The notes: generated from the letters alone by a model not told the origin. A stretch of DNA of 64,000 nucleotides from Candidatus Diapherotrites archaeon LH_S9 (GCA_023659865.1 JAGXON010000003.1:11896-75895), one strand, 5' to 3'. Shown: positions 9,392 through 19,813, numbered from the stretch's first letter. A program made the numbers and translations.

Positions 9392-9874
9392 ATGGCGAAC
9401 TACAAGGCTCACATGGCCCTAGGATTACTTTTATGGATATTTTTCGCGTTCTCTTTCCTAGAACTATCTTTTGAATCTCTTCCTTTGGCTAGTGCATCTT
9501 TTTTCGTGGCGTTGCTTGGGTCGGTTCTGCCGGATACAGACACTCCGAAGTCAAAGATAGGTCGATTCTTGCAGTACGGAGTTTTTTTCTTCGCTTTCTT
9601 CATAAGTTTCTCCACTTTCTACTCGAAAGATGCTCTGTACCAAAGTTTCTTCAAGTCGGGCGTGGTAGCAGGAATTATCTTTATCGTCTTTGTTTTACTG
9701 AGGCCTGGGCACAGGGGAATAACTCACAGCCTGAAGGTAAATGTTGTTTACGGTTTAGGCGTTTTCGTGTGGCTTTTCCCTAGTTTTGGAATGGTTACTG
9801 CGGGTTATATTGCATTTCTTGGTGCTGCTTGTTACTTTTCTCACCTGGTTCTGGACGAGCAGATAAAGTTCTGA
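9392..9874 (+). CDS. Membrane-bound metal-dependent hydrolase (YdjM/DUF457-like)
   Basis: N-terminal H, LPDTD, HRGITHSL and SHLVLD. Confidence 0.85.
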   Translation: MANYKAHMALGLLLWIFFAFSFLELSFESLPLASASFFVALLGSVLPDTDTPKSKIGRFLQYGVFFFAFFISFSTFYSKDALYQSFFKSGVVAGIIFIVFVLLRPGHRGITHSLKVNVVYGLGVFVWLFPSFGMVTAGYIAFLGAACYFSHLVLDEQIKF

Positions 9875-9878
9875 AGAA

Positions 9879-10196
9879 CTAAATTTCTTCCTCTTCCTGA
9901 AAATCTCTAATGTTTTCAACGTACTTTATTATGTTTTTCGCTTCCTCGAGGCTGTTACAGGTTTTAACTTTCTTGTAGATATCGAGCCGATAACGGTCTG
10001 GCAGTCCTTTCCGTAAATCATGTTCTTTTATCGTCTTCCTGATTTCTTCTGGTGGGAAAGCAAGATAAGTTTTTGATTCTGGTATGGGTTTAGATAAAGA
10101 AATAGCGTCAAATTTTTCTTTCTTTTCTTTTCTGTCTCTTATGGTTTTCAGAAGTTTTTCCCGCCTTTTTTTCAGGTGATTCTGCCTTTTTTTCTT
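9879..10196 (-). pseudogene. Unannotated tandem paralog of 10197..10538 with no ATG
   Basis: 105 sense codons in frame behind the TGA of 10197..10538: EKLLKTIRDRKEKKEKFDAISLSKPIPE..NSLEEAKNII versus RKLLQSVRDQKEKDYDVFSIFKPIPE..DSLEDAKKVV. Confidence 0.75.
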
Positions 10197-10538
10197 TCAG
10201 TAATTCTCTTCTTCCTCGTCTTCAGTTATCAAGTCTTTTTTCATCCCTTCTGCGAATCCCACAACTTTTTTTGCATCTTCCAGGCTGTCCATAGATTGGA
10301 TGTTGCTCACTATCATTCCCTCCAGGTTTTCAGGAAAGTTCTCGGACAGTTTGTATTCGTTCATAATCTTTCTTGCATCTTCTTCTGAAAGATTTTTTTC
10401 TCCCTCGGTTTCTGGTATTGGTTTAAAGATCGAGAAGACGTCGTAATCCTTTTCTTTCTGGTCTCTAACGCTCTGAAGTAGTTTCCTTGCTTTTTCTTCC
10501 TGGTCTTTCCTTGCTTTTTCTTCCTGGTCTTCTTTCAT
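10197..10538 (-). CDS. Charged orphan protein
   Basis: 113 aa; overlaps the aspS stop; KDQEEKAR repeated in tandem (24-nt repeat). Confidence 0.7.
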   Translation of the reverse strand: MKEDQEEKARKDQEEKARKLLQSVRDQKEKDYDVFSIFKPIPETEGEKNLSEEDARKIMNEYKLSENFPENLEGMIVSNIQSMDSLEDAKKVVGFAEGMKKDLITEDEEEENY

Positions 10539-11812
10539 GGTTCCACCCTCTCCTGATCTCTTGGGAACAAGACAGCTTCTCGAACGTTAGAAAGGTCTAA
10601 AAGCTTCTGCACGACTCTGTCTAATCCTATTCCAATTCCCCCGTGCGGAGGCATCCCGTACTTGAACGAGTTCAAGTAAAACTCGAAGTCCTCAGGGTCC
10701 AGGCCTTGTTTCCTGATCCTGTTCATGAGCACGTCGTACCTGTGCTCTCTTTGTCCGCCTGAAGCGATTTCAACACCTTTGTAATCGAGGTCGAAGCTGT
10801 GAGAGTACTTGTCTTCTTTTTCCATTATGTAAAACGGTTTTTCTTTTGCCGGGAAGCCCGTTATGAAGTAGAAGTCTGAATCCATTTCTTTCTCGAGCAT
10901 CTTTTCCGCTTCAGTGTCCAGGTCAACCTTGATTTCTTTTCCTTTCTCGGCAAGCATCTGCTTCACTTCCGAAAATGAAACTCGCTCGAAAGGCGTTTCA
11001 GGAACTTCTAGGTCTTTTCCAAGTATTTCAAGGAACTCTGCCTCGTGTTCTTTCACGTGCTTTACCGCGTGAGCAATACATTCTTCAGCCATTTTCATGA
11101 CGTCTTCCTGAGACTCTATGAAGCTTTGCTCGAAGTCAAAGGAAGTGAATTCCGACAAGTGCTTCGTGGTATGACTTTTCTCGGCTCTGAAGGCTGGCCC
11201 AATCTCGTAAATCCTTTCTAGGCCTGTAGCCATGAGCGCTTGTTTGAATAGTTGTGGTGATTGCGCCAGGTAAGCTTTTTTGTTGAAGTACTCTAATTGG
11301 AAGAGTGTGGCTCCGCCTTCTGCTCCAGTTGAAACTATTTTTGGGGTGTGGGTTTCTATGAATCCTTGGTCTTCAAGGTATTCTCGGATTCCGGTCAGTA
11401 AACCGTCTCGAATCATGAACACAGCTTTTACTTCATTTTTCCTGAGATCCATGAACCTTGTGTCTAAACGTGTTTTAAGTTCTGACTCTATTTTTCCTGA
11501 TATGTCCATTGGTAGTGGCTTGCTGGCTTCTGAAAGAATTTTGAGTTCTTCCGGAATTATTTCGATTCCGTCTGGGGCTTGGTCGTTTGCTTTGCTGGTT
11601 CCTTTAACGGAAATAACGGTTTCCAGGTTTAGTTCGCTGGCTTTTTCGAAAAGTTCTTCGGGTACTTTTTTCTTCGGCAAGGTTATTTGTACGGTGCCTG
11701 TTCTGTCTCTTAGAGATATGAATATGATTCTGCCTAGCGCTCGGATGTTTTCCGCCCATCCTGCTACTTTTACTTTTTTCCCAGGTTTTACGTTGGTTGT
11801 GTAAAGTCTCAT
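10535..11812 (-). CDS. aspS: Aspartyl-tRNA synthetase, archaeal type (probably non-discriminating)
   Basis: AEGGATLF, YLAQSPQL, FRAE, EIASGGQR and GMPPHGG; QAPDG (Pro) loop suggests the ND type. Confidence 0.96.
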   Translation of the reverse strand: MRLYTTNVKPGKKVKVAGWAENIRALGRIIFISLRDRTGTVQITLPKKKVPEELFEKASELNLETVISVKGTSKANDQAPDGIEIIPEELKILSEASKPLPMDISGKIESELKTRLDTRFMDLRKNEVKAVFMIRDGLLTGIREYLEDQGFIETHTPKIVSTGAEGGATLFQLEYFNKKAYLAQSPQLFKQALMATGLERIYEIGPAFRAEKSHTTKHLSEFTSFDFEQSFIESQEDVMKMAEECIAHAVKHVKEHEAEFLEILGKDLEVPETPFERVSFSEVKQMLAEKGKEIKVDLDTEAEKMLEKEMDSDFYFITGFPAKEKPFYIMEKEDKYSHSFDLDYKGVEIASGGQREHRYDVLMNRIRKQGLDPEDFEFYLNSFKYGMPPHGGIGIGLDRVVQKLLDLSNVREAVLFPRDQERVEP

Positions 11813-11841
11813 GAATGTGTTTAAGTGAAAAGGTAGTTTTA

Positions 11842-12270
11842 TTATTTTTGGAATAAGGGTTCGAACTCGAGCTCGACTTCGACTCCAGCTAGTTCTCTCA
11901 AGGCTTTTTGAACGACTTCTTCGTCCAGAACAATGTTTTTCTTATCTCTTTTAACTATTCTAACTTTTTTTATCTTTTCTTCCGGTTTATACAGTACGTT
12001 CACTCCTTTCAACCGGGCTGGTAAGATCATATCTTCAGCTAGTTCTTTGAAGCTAGTTGATTTAACTATCCTGACTTTTTTCCCTAGTTCCTGGCTTAGT
12101 ACTCGTACTATTCTTCCTTTTTTCCCGATCAGGTCCCCGACGTTTTCTTTTTTCAGAATAAGAATAAGGTTAGGTAACTCTAGTGCGTTCTCAAAGGAGG
12201 CGTCCTTGATTTTTTGCTTGTTCCTCATCTTTTCAAGGGTTCGTTTTAGCCTCTTCTCTACGTTTTTCAT
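11842..12270 (-). CDS. nusA: Archaeal NusA-like KH-domain protein
   Basis: VGDLIGKKGRIVRVLSQELGKKVRIV KH motif. Confidence 0.8.
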   Translation of the reverse strand: MKNVEKRLKRTLEKMRNKQKIKDASFENALELPNLILILKKENVGDLIGKKGRIVRVLSQELGKKVRIVKSTSFKELAEDMILPARLKGVNVLYKPEEKIKKVRIVKRDKKNIVLDEEVVQKALRELAGVEVELEFEPLFQK

Positions 12271-12304
12271 GCAGTCACTATAAAAAGAAAGGAAAAATGC
12301 CCTT

Positions 12305-12610
12305 TTATTTGGTTAGGGCTATTTCCATTGCAGAGACTTTGGAAGGACCTTCGTCGTTATCATTCCCTAGTTCTTCAGTAGAGATACTGATGTCCTTGAT
12401 CTTGGCTTCAGGAATGAACCTGTTCCTCACAATCTCGGCTGAATCTACTGCTCGGGAGATTGCTCTTCCTCTTGCTTTCAGGTACACTTCTTCTGCTCCG
12501 TTGTTGAATTGCGTCACTACTGCTAAAACGTAGCTCATAACTCCTTTTTTCCCTACGTACACTATGTTTTCGTCGTCTTCCTGGTTTTTTGATTCTTTGT
12601 TTTCTGGCAT
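12305..12610 (-). CDS. albA: Chromatin protein Alba
   Basis: [27 protein letters not shown] and VSAMEIAL. Confidence 0.95.
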   Translation of the reverse strand: MPENKESKNQEDDENIVYVGKKGVMSYVLAVVTQFNNGAEEVYLKARGRAISRAVDSAEIVRNRFIPEAKIKDISISTEELGNDNDEGPSKVSAMEIALTK

Positions 12611-12688
12611 AATTTGCACCTCCATTTTATTGTGTGTTTTGTTAGGTAAGTTAAAGTTTTTTAAGTTTATGTGAATTAATCCTTGTTA

Positions 12689-14326
12689 ATGGAGTCCGAA
12701 AAATTAGTTTCTTACCTAGAAAAACTCGAACAAACAAGTAAAACGCTTGAATTAACCGAGATAACCAGCGAATTATTCAAGGAAGCAAAAGAAGATCTTC
12801 CGATCGTTGCATTGTTTGTTCAAGGTAAAACTTTCCCTGCTCACTCTCCGAAAGAGCTAGGAATAGCTGAAAAAACAATGGTAAAATGCCTCTCCACAGT
12901 TTCAGGCTTCACTGAAGACAAAATAAAGGACGAAATAGCTGAAAAAGGCGACACAGGAAAAGCAGCTGCATTTATGCTTGATAAAAAAGTGCAGACCACT
13001 CTAGGAAAAGAAGAAGTAGACGTGAAAGGAGTAAAAAAAGCCATAAGCAAAATAGCGTCGCTGGAAGGCCGAGGATCCGAGGACGCCAAAGAAAAAAAAG
13101 TAGCCGAACTCATCAACTCCGTATCGCCAAAAGAAGCCAAGTACCTCGTAAGGCTTTTGCTGAATGAAATGCGGGTTGGAGTAGGCGAAGGAATCGTTAG
13201 AGACGCGCTGGCAAAAGCGTTCGACAAAGAAAAAAACGAAGTAGAAAAAGCATTCTCACTGCTTAACGACTACGGCGAAGTAGCCAAACTAGCGGAAGAA
13301 AACAGGCTGGACGAAGTCTCGATGAAGCTGTTTAGGCCTTTGAGGCCTATGCTCGCTCAAACAGTGGAGTCTCCAAAAGAAGCTGTAGAGGACAACTGCA
13401 GTGCCTGGGAATACAAGTACGACGGCCTTAGAACACAGATACATGTTTCAGGAGACGAAGTTAAAGTGTTCACGCGCAGGCTTGATGACGTCACTGAACA
13501 GTTTCCTGACGTGGTCAGAGCAGTTAAAGAAAACGTTTCAGCAGAAGAAGCCATAATCGAAGGAGAAACCGTGGCTGTGGACGAGAACGGGAAACCAAGA
13601 CGTTTCCAGCTCCTATCCCGCAGAATAAAAAGAAAGTACGATATAGACGAAACAGTCAAAAAGATCCCGGTAGTCACGTACTTGTTTGACTGCATGTACC
13701 TCAACGGAAAGAACTTGATCAAAAAACCTTTCCAGCAAAGAAGAAAGAAACTGAAATCCGTTGTAACCGAGGAAAAAGAACTGAAATTATCTAAGATGGT
13801 TGTTACTGAAAACGAAAACGAGATCAATCAATTCTACGAGAAAGCGCTCGAGCTAGGTCACGAGGGGGTCATGGCCAAGAACCTTGAAGCAGAATACAAA
13901 CCAGGGTCAAGGGTTGGCTACATGTACAAACTTAAACCCGAGGCCGAGACACTGGAGCTAGTGATAGTTGGAGCAGAGTGGGGGGAAGGCAAAAGAACAA
14001 AATGGCTTTCCTCGTACCTTCTTGCGTGTAAAGATCCTGATAAAGGAAGGTTCCTGAAGATCGGTAAAATGGCGACTGGACTAACAGAAAAGCAGCTGAA
14101 GTCTTTGACGGAAAGGCTTGAAAAAGACATAATCAGGCAAGAAGGAAAGAAAGTAACACTTAAGCCCAAGCTAGTTGTCGAAGTAGGATATCAAGAGATG
14201 CAGAAAAGCCCGAAATATGATTCCGGGTTCGCCCTACGATTCCCTAGACTACTGAGGATAAGAGAGGACAAAAGCCCTAATGAAATAGATACATTAGAGA
14301 GAATAAAGAAGATTTACTCGACCTAG
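12689..14326 (+). CDS. lig: ATP-dependent DNA ligase
   Basis: EYKYDGLR adenylation motif, EGVMAK, YMYKLK and ALRFPR. Confidence 0.97.
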   Translation: MESEKLVSYLEKLEQTSKTLELTEITSELFKEAKEDLPIVALFVQGKTFPAHSPKELGIAEKTMVKCLSTVSGFTEDKIKDEIAEKGDTGKAAAFMLDKKVQTTLGKEEVDVKGVKKAISKIASLEGRGSEDAKEKKVAELINSVSPKEAKYLVRLLLNEMRVGVGEGIVRDALAKAFDKEKNEVEKAFSLLNDYGEVAKLAEENRLDEVSMKLFRPLRPMLAQTVESPKEAVEDNCSAWEYKYDGLRTQIHVSGDEVKVFTRRLDDVTEQFPDVVRAVKENVSAEEAIIEGETVAVDENGKPRRFQLLSRRIKRKYDIDETVKKIPVVTYLFDCMYLNGKNLIKKPFQQRRKKLKSVVTEEKELKLSKMVVTENENEINQFYEKALELGHEGVMAKNLEAEYKPGSRVGYMYKLKPEAETLELVIVGAEWGEGKRTKWLSSYLLACKDPDKGRFLKIGKMATGLTEKQLKSLTERLEKDIIRQEGKKVTLKPKLVVEVGYQEMQKSPKYDSGFALRFPRLLRIREDKSPNEIDTLERIKKIYST

Positions 14327-15207
14327 ATTTCTCCAATCGTGTGCAAGAAAATGTTTCTGAACAACGTTTCTTGCTCGAGTTCCTGTGGATTGTATCCTAA
14401 GTAAGTTACTTTTCCACCGGTTGCTCCTGCCTTGTAAGTGATTACTGCTGGTGCTGAATGAACATCTCCTTCTCCATCCTTCCAACTGATCTTCATAACT
14501 TTCTGGTTCTGTTCATCCACGACTTCTACTACTCCAGAGAACTCTGAGTACTGAGAAGTTTCTAATGAAATAGGTGAATTGATTCCCATTCTACTGACAA
14601 TTGGGTGCTCCCATTTCGTAGGAACCAATCGCACGTCATTCATCTGTGAAGCAGTTACCGTGATATCGTTAACCGAGTCACAGTTTTCTACTGGACAACC
14701 TGGTGAAAAACTGATTATTGACCCCATGTCATCTGCCTGCCAGCCAAAAATGTATGGTGTGATGGTCACGCCATCGCTTTTCAGGCCTTTAATTCCAGCT
14801 CCTTTTACTATCATGAGGTTGCCGCCTTTCTGAACGTAGGATGTTAACTCGTCTCTTGCTTGGGTTGTTAAAGCAGTTTTTCCTCCGTAAAGGATCACGA
14901 TGTCGTAGTTGCTGGAGGTTAAGTAACCTTCAGAAACGTAGGGGATATCTTCGTTTACTACGGGATTTGTTCTAGTTACTTTTGTGTTGATGTATTTTCC
15001 GAAGTCGCTTGCTTCTTCATAGTTTTCAGGAGTGGTCAAGATCAGTGTTCTTGAAACTGTTCCTGAGCCACATAAAGCTGGTCCTATAACAGGAATCCAG
15101 CACATTTGAAGCATTTTAGCTGCTACTACCAGTATAACTAAGAGAATTAGTATTGCTGGCACAACCATTTCCTTGTAATCTGATGTTCCTTGGCCGTAGT
15201 AAGCCAT
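14323..15207 (-). CDS. Membrane-anchored extracytoplasmic protein with class I GATase-like/ThuA-like fold
   Basis: N-terminal TM; YDIVIL, LTSYVQKGGNLMI, HPIV and GGKVTYLGYNP. Confidence 0.65.
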   Translation of the reverse strand: MAYYGQGTSDYKEMVVPAILILLVILVVAAKMLQMCWIPVIGPALCGSGTVSRTLILTTPENYEEASDFGKYINTKVTRTNPVVNEDIPYVSEGYLTSSNYDIVILYGGKTALTTQARDELTSYVQKGGNLMIVKGAGIKGLKSDGVTITPYIFGWQADDMGSIISFSPGCPVENCDSVNDITVTASQMNDVRLVPTKWEHPIVSRMGINSPISLETSQYSEFSGVVEVVDEQNQKVMKISWKDGEGDVHSAPAVITYKAGATGGKVTYLGYNPQELEQETLFRNIFLHTIGEI

Positions 15208-15219
15208 TTTTTTCCTCCG

Positions 15220-16107
15220 TTATCCTTTGGAGCCCTCTGCTCCAGTTATGTATGCTACTGTGTTCAGCACTATATTTTCTTCTACTTGTGAATTTAGGTT
15301 TTCTCTTACTGGATTGAATGCCAGGTACAGAACTTTTCCAGTGTTTATTTGTCCTCTTTCAGACATTGCTGGGTAAATGTCTCCTACTTCACCTGCTTGT
15401 ACGTCTTCAGCGGAGCTGAATCCGTCGACGTATATAACTTGCTTTCCGTTTTCTGCTATGGTCACGTCGGCTAGGTTGATGCTCGCGTTCGCTGGAGTCA
15501 TCTTGGTTTCGAGGTTTAGTTTTTTCGCGAGGCTGTTGTCGTATCTTCCTTTTCCGATGTGCATTTTGGGTGCGTAAACTTCTTTAACTATTCCTTCGCA
15601 GCTTGATGTTCCTGATCCGCAGGTTACTGGAAGAATTGTTGAGAGTTCGGACCATCTTCCGTCTGATTGAGTTCCTCCTAGTCCTATTGCTATCATGTTT
15701 CCTCCTGAGTTAACCCAGTTCTTCAAGGTTATCTGCAGTGAGGGGGTTAAGTCGGTTGCGGTTACCACTACCAAGTCGTATCCTTTGTCTTTGATCCAGT
15801 CTTTTGAGTTTATTTTGTTGTATTTGTTATCGGTCACTAGCTCAACGTTCAACGGGTTTCCGAAAGTTTGTCTTGCTAGGTCGGTTGTTAAGTGGTTTTC
15901 CCAAGCGTTTTTCTCGTTCTGGTTTTCTCCGATCAAAAGAACGTCGATAGTTTGTGGTCCTACTAGTCCACCTAAAATTGGGACTCCGGCTAGTATACTT
16001 GGTTTGAGGGCAATAACTCCTACAACCAATAGAATGATAATCAGTATAGGTATTGCACCTTCAAATTGTCGTCTTAAGTCGCTTCCTCCAGCATAATACT
16101 CTGCCAT
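15220..16107 (-). CDS. Paralog of 14323..15207, membrane-anchored GATase-like fold
   Basis: N-terminal TM; YDLVVV, LKNWVNSGGNMIAIG and GKVLYLAFNP. Confidence 0.65.
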   Translation of the reverse strand: MAEYYAGGSDLRRQFEGAIPILIIILLVVGVIALKPSILAGVPILGGLVGPQTIDVLLIGENQNEKNAWENHLTTDLARQTFGNPLNVELVTDNKYNKINSKDWIKDKGYDLVVVTATDLTPSLQITLKNWVNSGGNMIAIGLGGTQSDGRWSELSTILPVTCGSGTSSCEGIVKEVYAPKMHIGKGRYDNSLAKKLNLETKMTPANASINLADVTIAENGKQVIYVDGFSSAEDVQAGEVGDIYPAMSERGQINTGKVLYLAFNPVRENLNSQVEENIVLNTVAYITGAEGSKG

Positions 16108-16161
16108 TCATTTCACCTGACACTAATTTAATACTCTTAACTACATTTAAATGTTTCCCTA

Positions 16162-18150
16162 TTAATACAGGATGAATCTCACAAGGTTGTCCACGAAAAT
16201 TTCGTCTGTTTCAGGTGGGAAAGCGTAGTACACCATGGTTCCTCTTCCAAAAACGTGCGATGCAAATCGCGGGTCTTTCACCGTTATTGCAGGCCATTTG
16301 TCTTCTCCTTTGTATTCTGGTGTTATCTTGACTTTTGAGACAACGTGAGTATGTTGGTGAGCACTGTAAACGAGCACGAAGGGTACGGGTGCTTCTTCTC
16401 CTCCTGTCACTTTTTTCTTTAGTTCAATGGATTTTGATATTCCTTGGATTAATGGGTGCTGCTCGTCTGCAGCGGTTAGTGTTGCAAGGCTCTTGCTTTT
16501 CATTTCAGGAGCTAGTTTGTCCTTGCTTTCTCGTGCTTTTTTTAATGCTTGTCCTGCTGCTTTAAATCCTTGTTCTATCTCCTGATTTTCTTCTCCGCAG
16601 ATGTACGACGATTCTTCAACTTCTTCCTGGAATTCGTCTGTTTCCGGAGCGTTCTTTATGAATTCAATTGTTCCTTTTTTGTCAGTGTGTGGTGAAGAGT
16701 AAGAGATCAGTAGCTCAGTCATTTCTTTGTTTCCTGTGGCTTCAGCCAGTTCGGTCTTCAGGTTGGTTGGTCCTTGTGCCGAGCACTCTTTGTATTCCTC
16801 GATAGCTTTTTCCAGGTCTTCAGTAACTATTTTTCCTCTTATCTTGCTTGCCATCTCTTCGTACTGTTGCTTGTATTCTTCTTTTGTTTCCAGTGCCTTC
16901 AGGTTCTCTAGTTTAGTTACTGCTTTGTTTAAAGTGCTGTTACATTTTTCCAGCTGGCTTAAGGTTTGTTCTGACGGTTCTTCCCCTACATCTTTTGTTT
17001 CAAGTTCGTTTTTCTTTTCAGTCACAATGTTTATGGCATCCTCGACCTGTATGGAGCTCGTGTTCTTGGTTTGCTTTATTGACTCGAGGTTAGTTAGTAT
17101 GACACTTAAATCGTTTTCAGCATCTTGCTTGTTGTCCTTCAGCATGTTCAGTTTTTGTTTTGCGACTGAAAGTTTTTGCTGAGGACTGCAAGTTTCTTGT
17201 GCTAAATTCTTCTCGCATTCCACAAAACCTGAGTGTGCGTCAAGTAAAAGAGTTCTTATTTTAGATACGGATTCGGATAAGTCACTGTACTCGCTCACAG
17301 CATAGTTATCTGCTATGAAAGAAATTCCAAGAATCTTCGTGCCAAAATCCAGACCTTCATGTTTTTCTTCTGAACCAAGCAAACTGTATTCTCCTCTATT
17401 CCACGGGTCCACGATTCTCTTCACTGATTTTTCGTTCTTCCAGTTGATGTAAACTTTTGAGTACTCTCCTGAAGGATTCTTGCATTGATAGCCCTGGTCT
17501 GTTCTCACTGATGCAAGGGTTCCTCCAAAGCTTTCTTCACAAACTTTTTTCAGTTCAGTCATTGCTTCTGAAGTTAGATCCTTTGTTTTAGAGGCAATGG
17601 AAGCAGAAACATTCTGTTTTGAGGGTTCGGAAACGCACAATTTTTTTTCTTCGTTGACTTCGCTTCCTTTATCTCTTTTCATGTACTTGATGCTATACTC
17701 TATGGTCTTACAAGTCTTGTCTTTTTCTCCTCCAACGGTTCCGGAGTCTCCGACCCAGATGAGTCTCCCCATGTCTCCGTAAACATAGTCCTTAATTATC
17801 TCCAGCTTGCGCGTGGGTATTTTTCGGGCTTTCTCAACAACTACAACATCGTATCCTTCGAGCATCCCAGGCGAAAGATCACCTATATTCTGCATCCTGG
17901 TTGGAAGACCGTGCTCGTCTTCAAGCAGTCTCTTCATTTTTACTGGGTATCCTAAACCTCCTCCTTCAGGATTTTGAAGGATCATAACTTTCGGAGTACC
18001 TACTATCGAGTAATAAACGTCACAGTACGAGTTACCAAAATCAGAGCAGCGAGTCAATCCCGCGTTAGTGCTTACGATCAGCAAGGCAAAAGCGAGCACC
18101 ATCAGCGCGATCAAGTGCGGGAGGTTGTTTTTCAGTTCACGAGTATCCAT
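16162..18150 (-). CDS. Large membrane-anchored protein: GATase-like domain split by a long helical/Cys-containing insertion
   Basis: YDVVVV..IKDYVYGDMGRLIWVG in the N-half and HPLIQG..GRGTMVYYAFPP in the C-half, with about 400 aa of coiled-coil-like sequence between. Confidence 0.6.
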   Translation of the reverse strand: MDTRELKNNLPHLIALMVLAFALLIVSTNAGLTRCSDFGNSYCDVYYSIVGTPKVMILQNPEGGGLGYPVKMKRLLEDEHGLPTRMQNIGDLSPGMLEGYDVVVVEKARKIPTRKLEIIKDYVYGDMGRLIWVGDSGTVGGEKDKTCKTIEYSIKYMKRDKGSEVNEEKKLCVSEPSKQNVSASIASKTKDLTSEAMTELKKVCEESFGGTLASVRTDQGYQCKNPSGEYSKVYINWKNEKSVKRIVDPWNRGEYSLLGSEEKHEGLDFGTKILGISFIADNYAVSEYSDLSESVSKIRTLLLDAHSGFVECEKNLAQETCSPQQKLSVAKQKLNMLKDNKQDAENDLSVILTNLESIKQTKNTSSIQVEDAINIVTEKKNELETKDVGEEPSEQTLSQLEKCNSTLNKAVTKLENLKALETKEEYKQQYEEMASKIRGKIVTEDLEKAIEEYKECSAQGPTNLKTELAEATGNKEMTELLISYSSPHTDKKGTIEFIKNAPETDEFQEEVEESSYICGEENQEIEQGFKAAGQALKKARESKDKLAPEMKSKSLATLTAADEQHPLIQGISKSIELKKKVTGGEEAPVPFVLVYSAHQHTHVVSKVKITPEYKGEDKWPAITVKDPRFASHVFGRGTMVYYAFPPETDEIFVDNLVRFILY

Positions 18151-18244
18151 TTTCTCAGTCTCTTTTTTGAAATTATCGGCACTAAAGTTATAAATAGTTA
18201 TGGATTATAAACTTTTACCGAGTTCCAGCCTACGAGGAGTTTAC

Positions 18245-19813
18245 ATGACCAAACTAAAATACGTTTTAGCAATCACACTACTCTTAACAACGACACTGGC
18301 AGCAACAAATGCTGAATACACACTGAAAACTTGTAAGAGTATGTTTGCTGAAGAGAACAAGAATATGAATGTTAGCATGCTTAAAGAAAATAATGAAAGA
18401 GTACTTAAAGTAAATTCTAACGATAAATCAGTAGGCCAATGGGCTATAGCGACCGAGTTCGACGCAGAATCATCGAGTTTTGACATAGAGTTCGAGGCCA
18501 GCGTTGATGCAGATGATTCGAACGATGAAAGCATTTTTGTATTTGTTTACGGAGGAGAGTTCGGTCTAGGTAAATGCACGAAAAACGCTATGGGGAACAT
18601 GGATGGTCTTGAATACGTAGGACTCTTCTGTAATGGAGTCGAAGGCGATTCTACTGAACACGTTTACTGTGTTAGTGGAGCGCCGCAAGTTTATCACGGT
18701 GTTTTAAAGGGAAGTTCTCTTGGACCGATTTCTCAGGTTGGTGGAAAGCCTATAGGTGATGGCTGGAGCGAGATAGAAGTAGATGCGGAATCGGATTCAG
18801 ATAAAGTAACTGTTGTAATAGCTGGATGGGATGGAGACTCATCGAAAAGCATTGAATGGAAAGTGAAAAACGTTAGATTAAACGGAGAAAAATATTCATT
18901 TGATGAAGTGTATCTTCAGGACGCCGGCAAGAAAATTGAGATGCCTGCAGTTTGCGGTAACGACAAGAAAAAAGGAGACGAAGCTTGCGATGGAGAGGAC
19001 GTGGAAACTGGTTACGAATGTGCTTCTGACTGCCAGTCAAAGTCACCGATCTGCGGAGACGGCCTTATAATTGGAGAAGAGGTCTGTGACAGGGGGAACG
19101 TGACCGAAGGTTACGAGTGTTCAAGCGATTGTTCTGAAGAAACACCGATTTGTGGAGACGGAGTAGTGGTTGAAGGAGAAGCTTGTGACGGAGAAGAAGG
19201 ACTTGAAGAAGGATTCGAATGCGCTGAAGACTGTTCAGCCCAGATCCCGATTTGCGGCGATGGATTGATGGTTGGAAGCGAAGAATGCGATTCTGAACTT
19301 GGAACCGAGGAAGGAAAACTGTGCACTAGCGACTGCAAGCTCTTGGATGTTTCAGAAGACCAAGAAGAATTTTTGAACAAGCTTTCTCAAGCAATAGATG
19401 GACTGGGTGAAGAAGGAACTTCATCAGAATCAGTTTCAGTTTCGTCAGCAACAATAGAAAAACAGATGATCGCGGCAAGTGCAGGAATCAATGAGTCTGC
19501 AGTAAACTTCTGCGATCAAAATCAGACTGTTTGCCCATCAGAGTACGCTGTGGCTGCAGCCCAGATTTCTGATTCAGGTATAAACCTTGAAGAAGGCTTT
19601 TCAGGTGAAATAGGAGTGTTCGAAAGCGGTGGTAATCGCTACATTGGCTTAAAACCCTCCAATTCCTCTTTACTGGATGTTTTTTCAGGTAACTGGATAT
19701 GGGTTGTCGTGGCTATGGTTATTTTGATTGGTTTGATAATTGGAGCAGGAGCCATAATAGCATTAGCTTATTATTTCCTGGTCTACAAAAAAAGAAATAG
19801 TGGAGGATTGTGA
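18245..19813 (+). CDS. Secreted, C-terminally anchored surface protein with four Cys-rich CGDG repeats
   Basis: Signal peptide MTKLKYVLAITLLLTTTLAA; repeats CG(N/D)x7-8CDx7-9Cx3C (Myxococcus Cys-rich-like); C-terminal TM followed by KKR. Confidence 0.8.
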   Translation: MTKLKYVLAITLLLTTTLAATNAEYTLKTCKSMFAEENKNMNVSMLKENNERVLKVNSNDKSVGQWAIATEFDAESSSFDIEFEASVDADDSNDESIFVFVYGGEFGLGKCTKNAMGNMDGLEYVGLFCNGVEGDSTEHVYCVSGAPQVYHGVLKGSSLGPISQVGGKPIGDGWSEIEVDAESDSDKVTVVIAGWDGDSSKSIEWKVKNVRLNGEKYSFDEVYLQDAGKKIEMPAVCGNDKKKGDEACDGEDVETGYECASDCQSKSPICGDGLIIGEEVCDRGNVTEGYECSSDCSEETPICGDGVVVEGEACDGEEGLEEGFECAEDCSAQIPICGDGLMVGSEECDSELGTEEGKLCTSDCKLLDVSEDQEEFLNKLSQAIDGLGEEGTSSESVSVSSATIEKQMIAASAGINESAVNFCDQNQTVCPSEYAVAAAQISDSGINLEEGFSGEIGVFESGGNRYIGLKPSNSSLLDVFSGNWIWVVVAMVILIGLIIGAGAIIALAYYFLVYKKRNSGGL

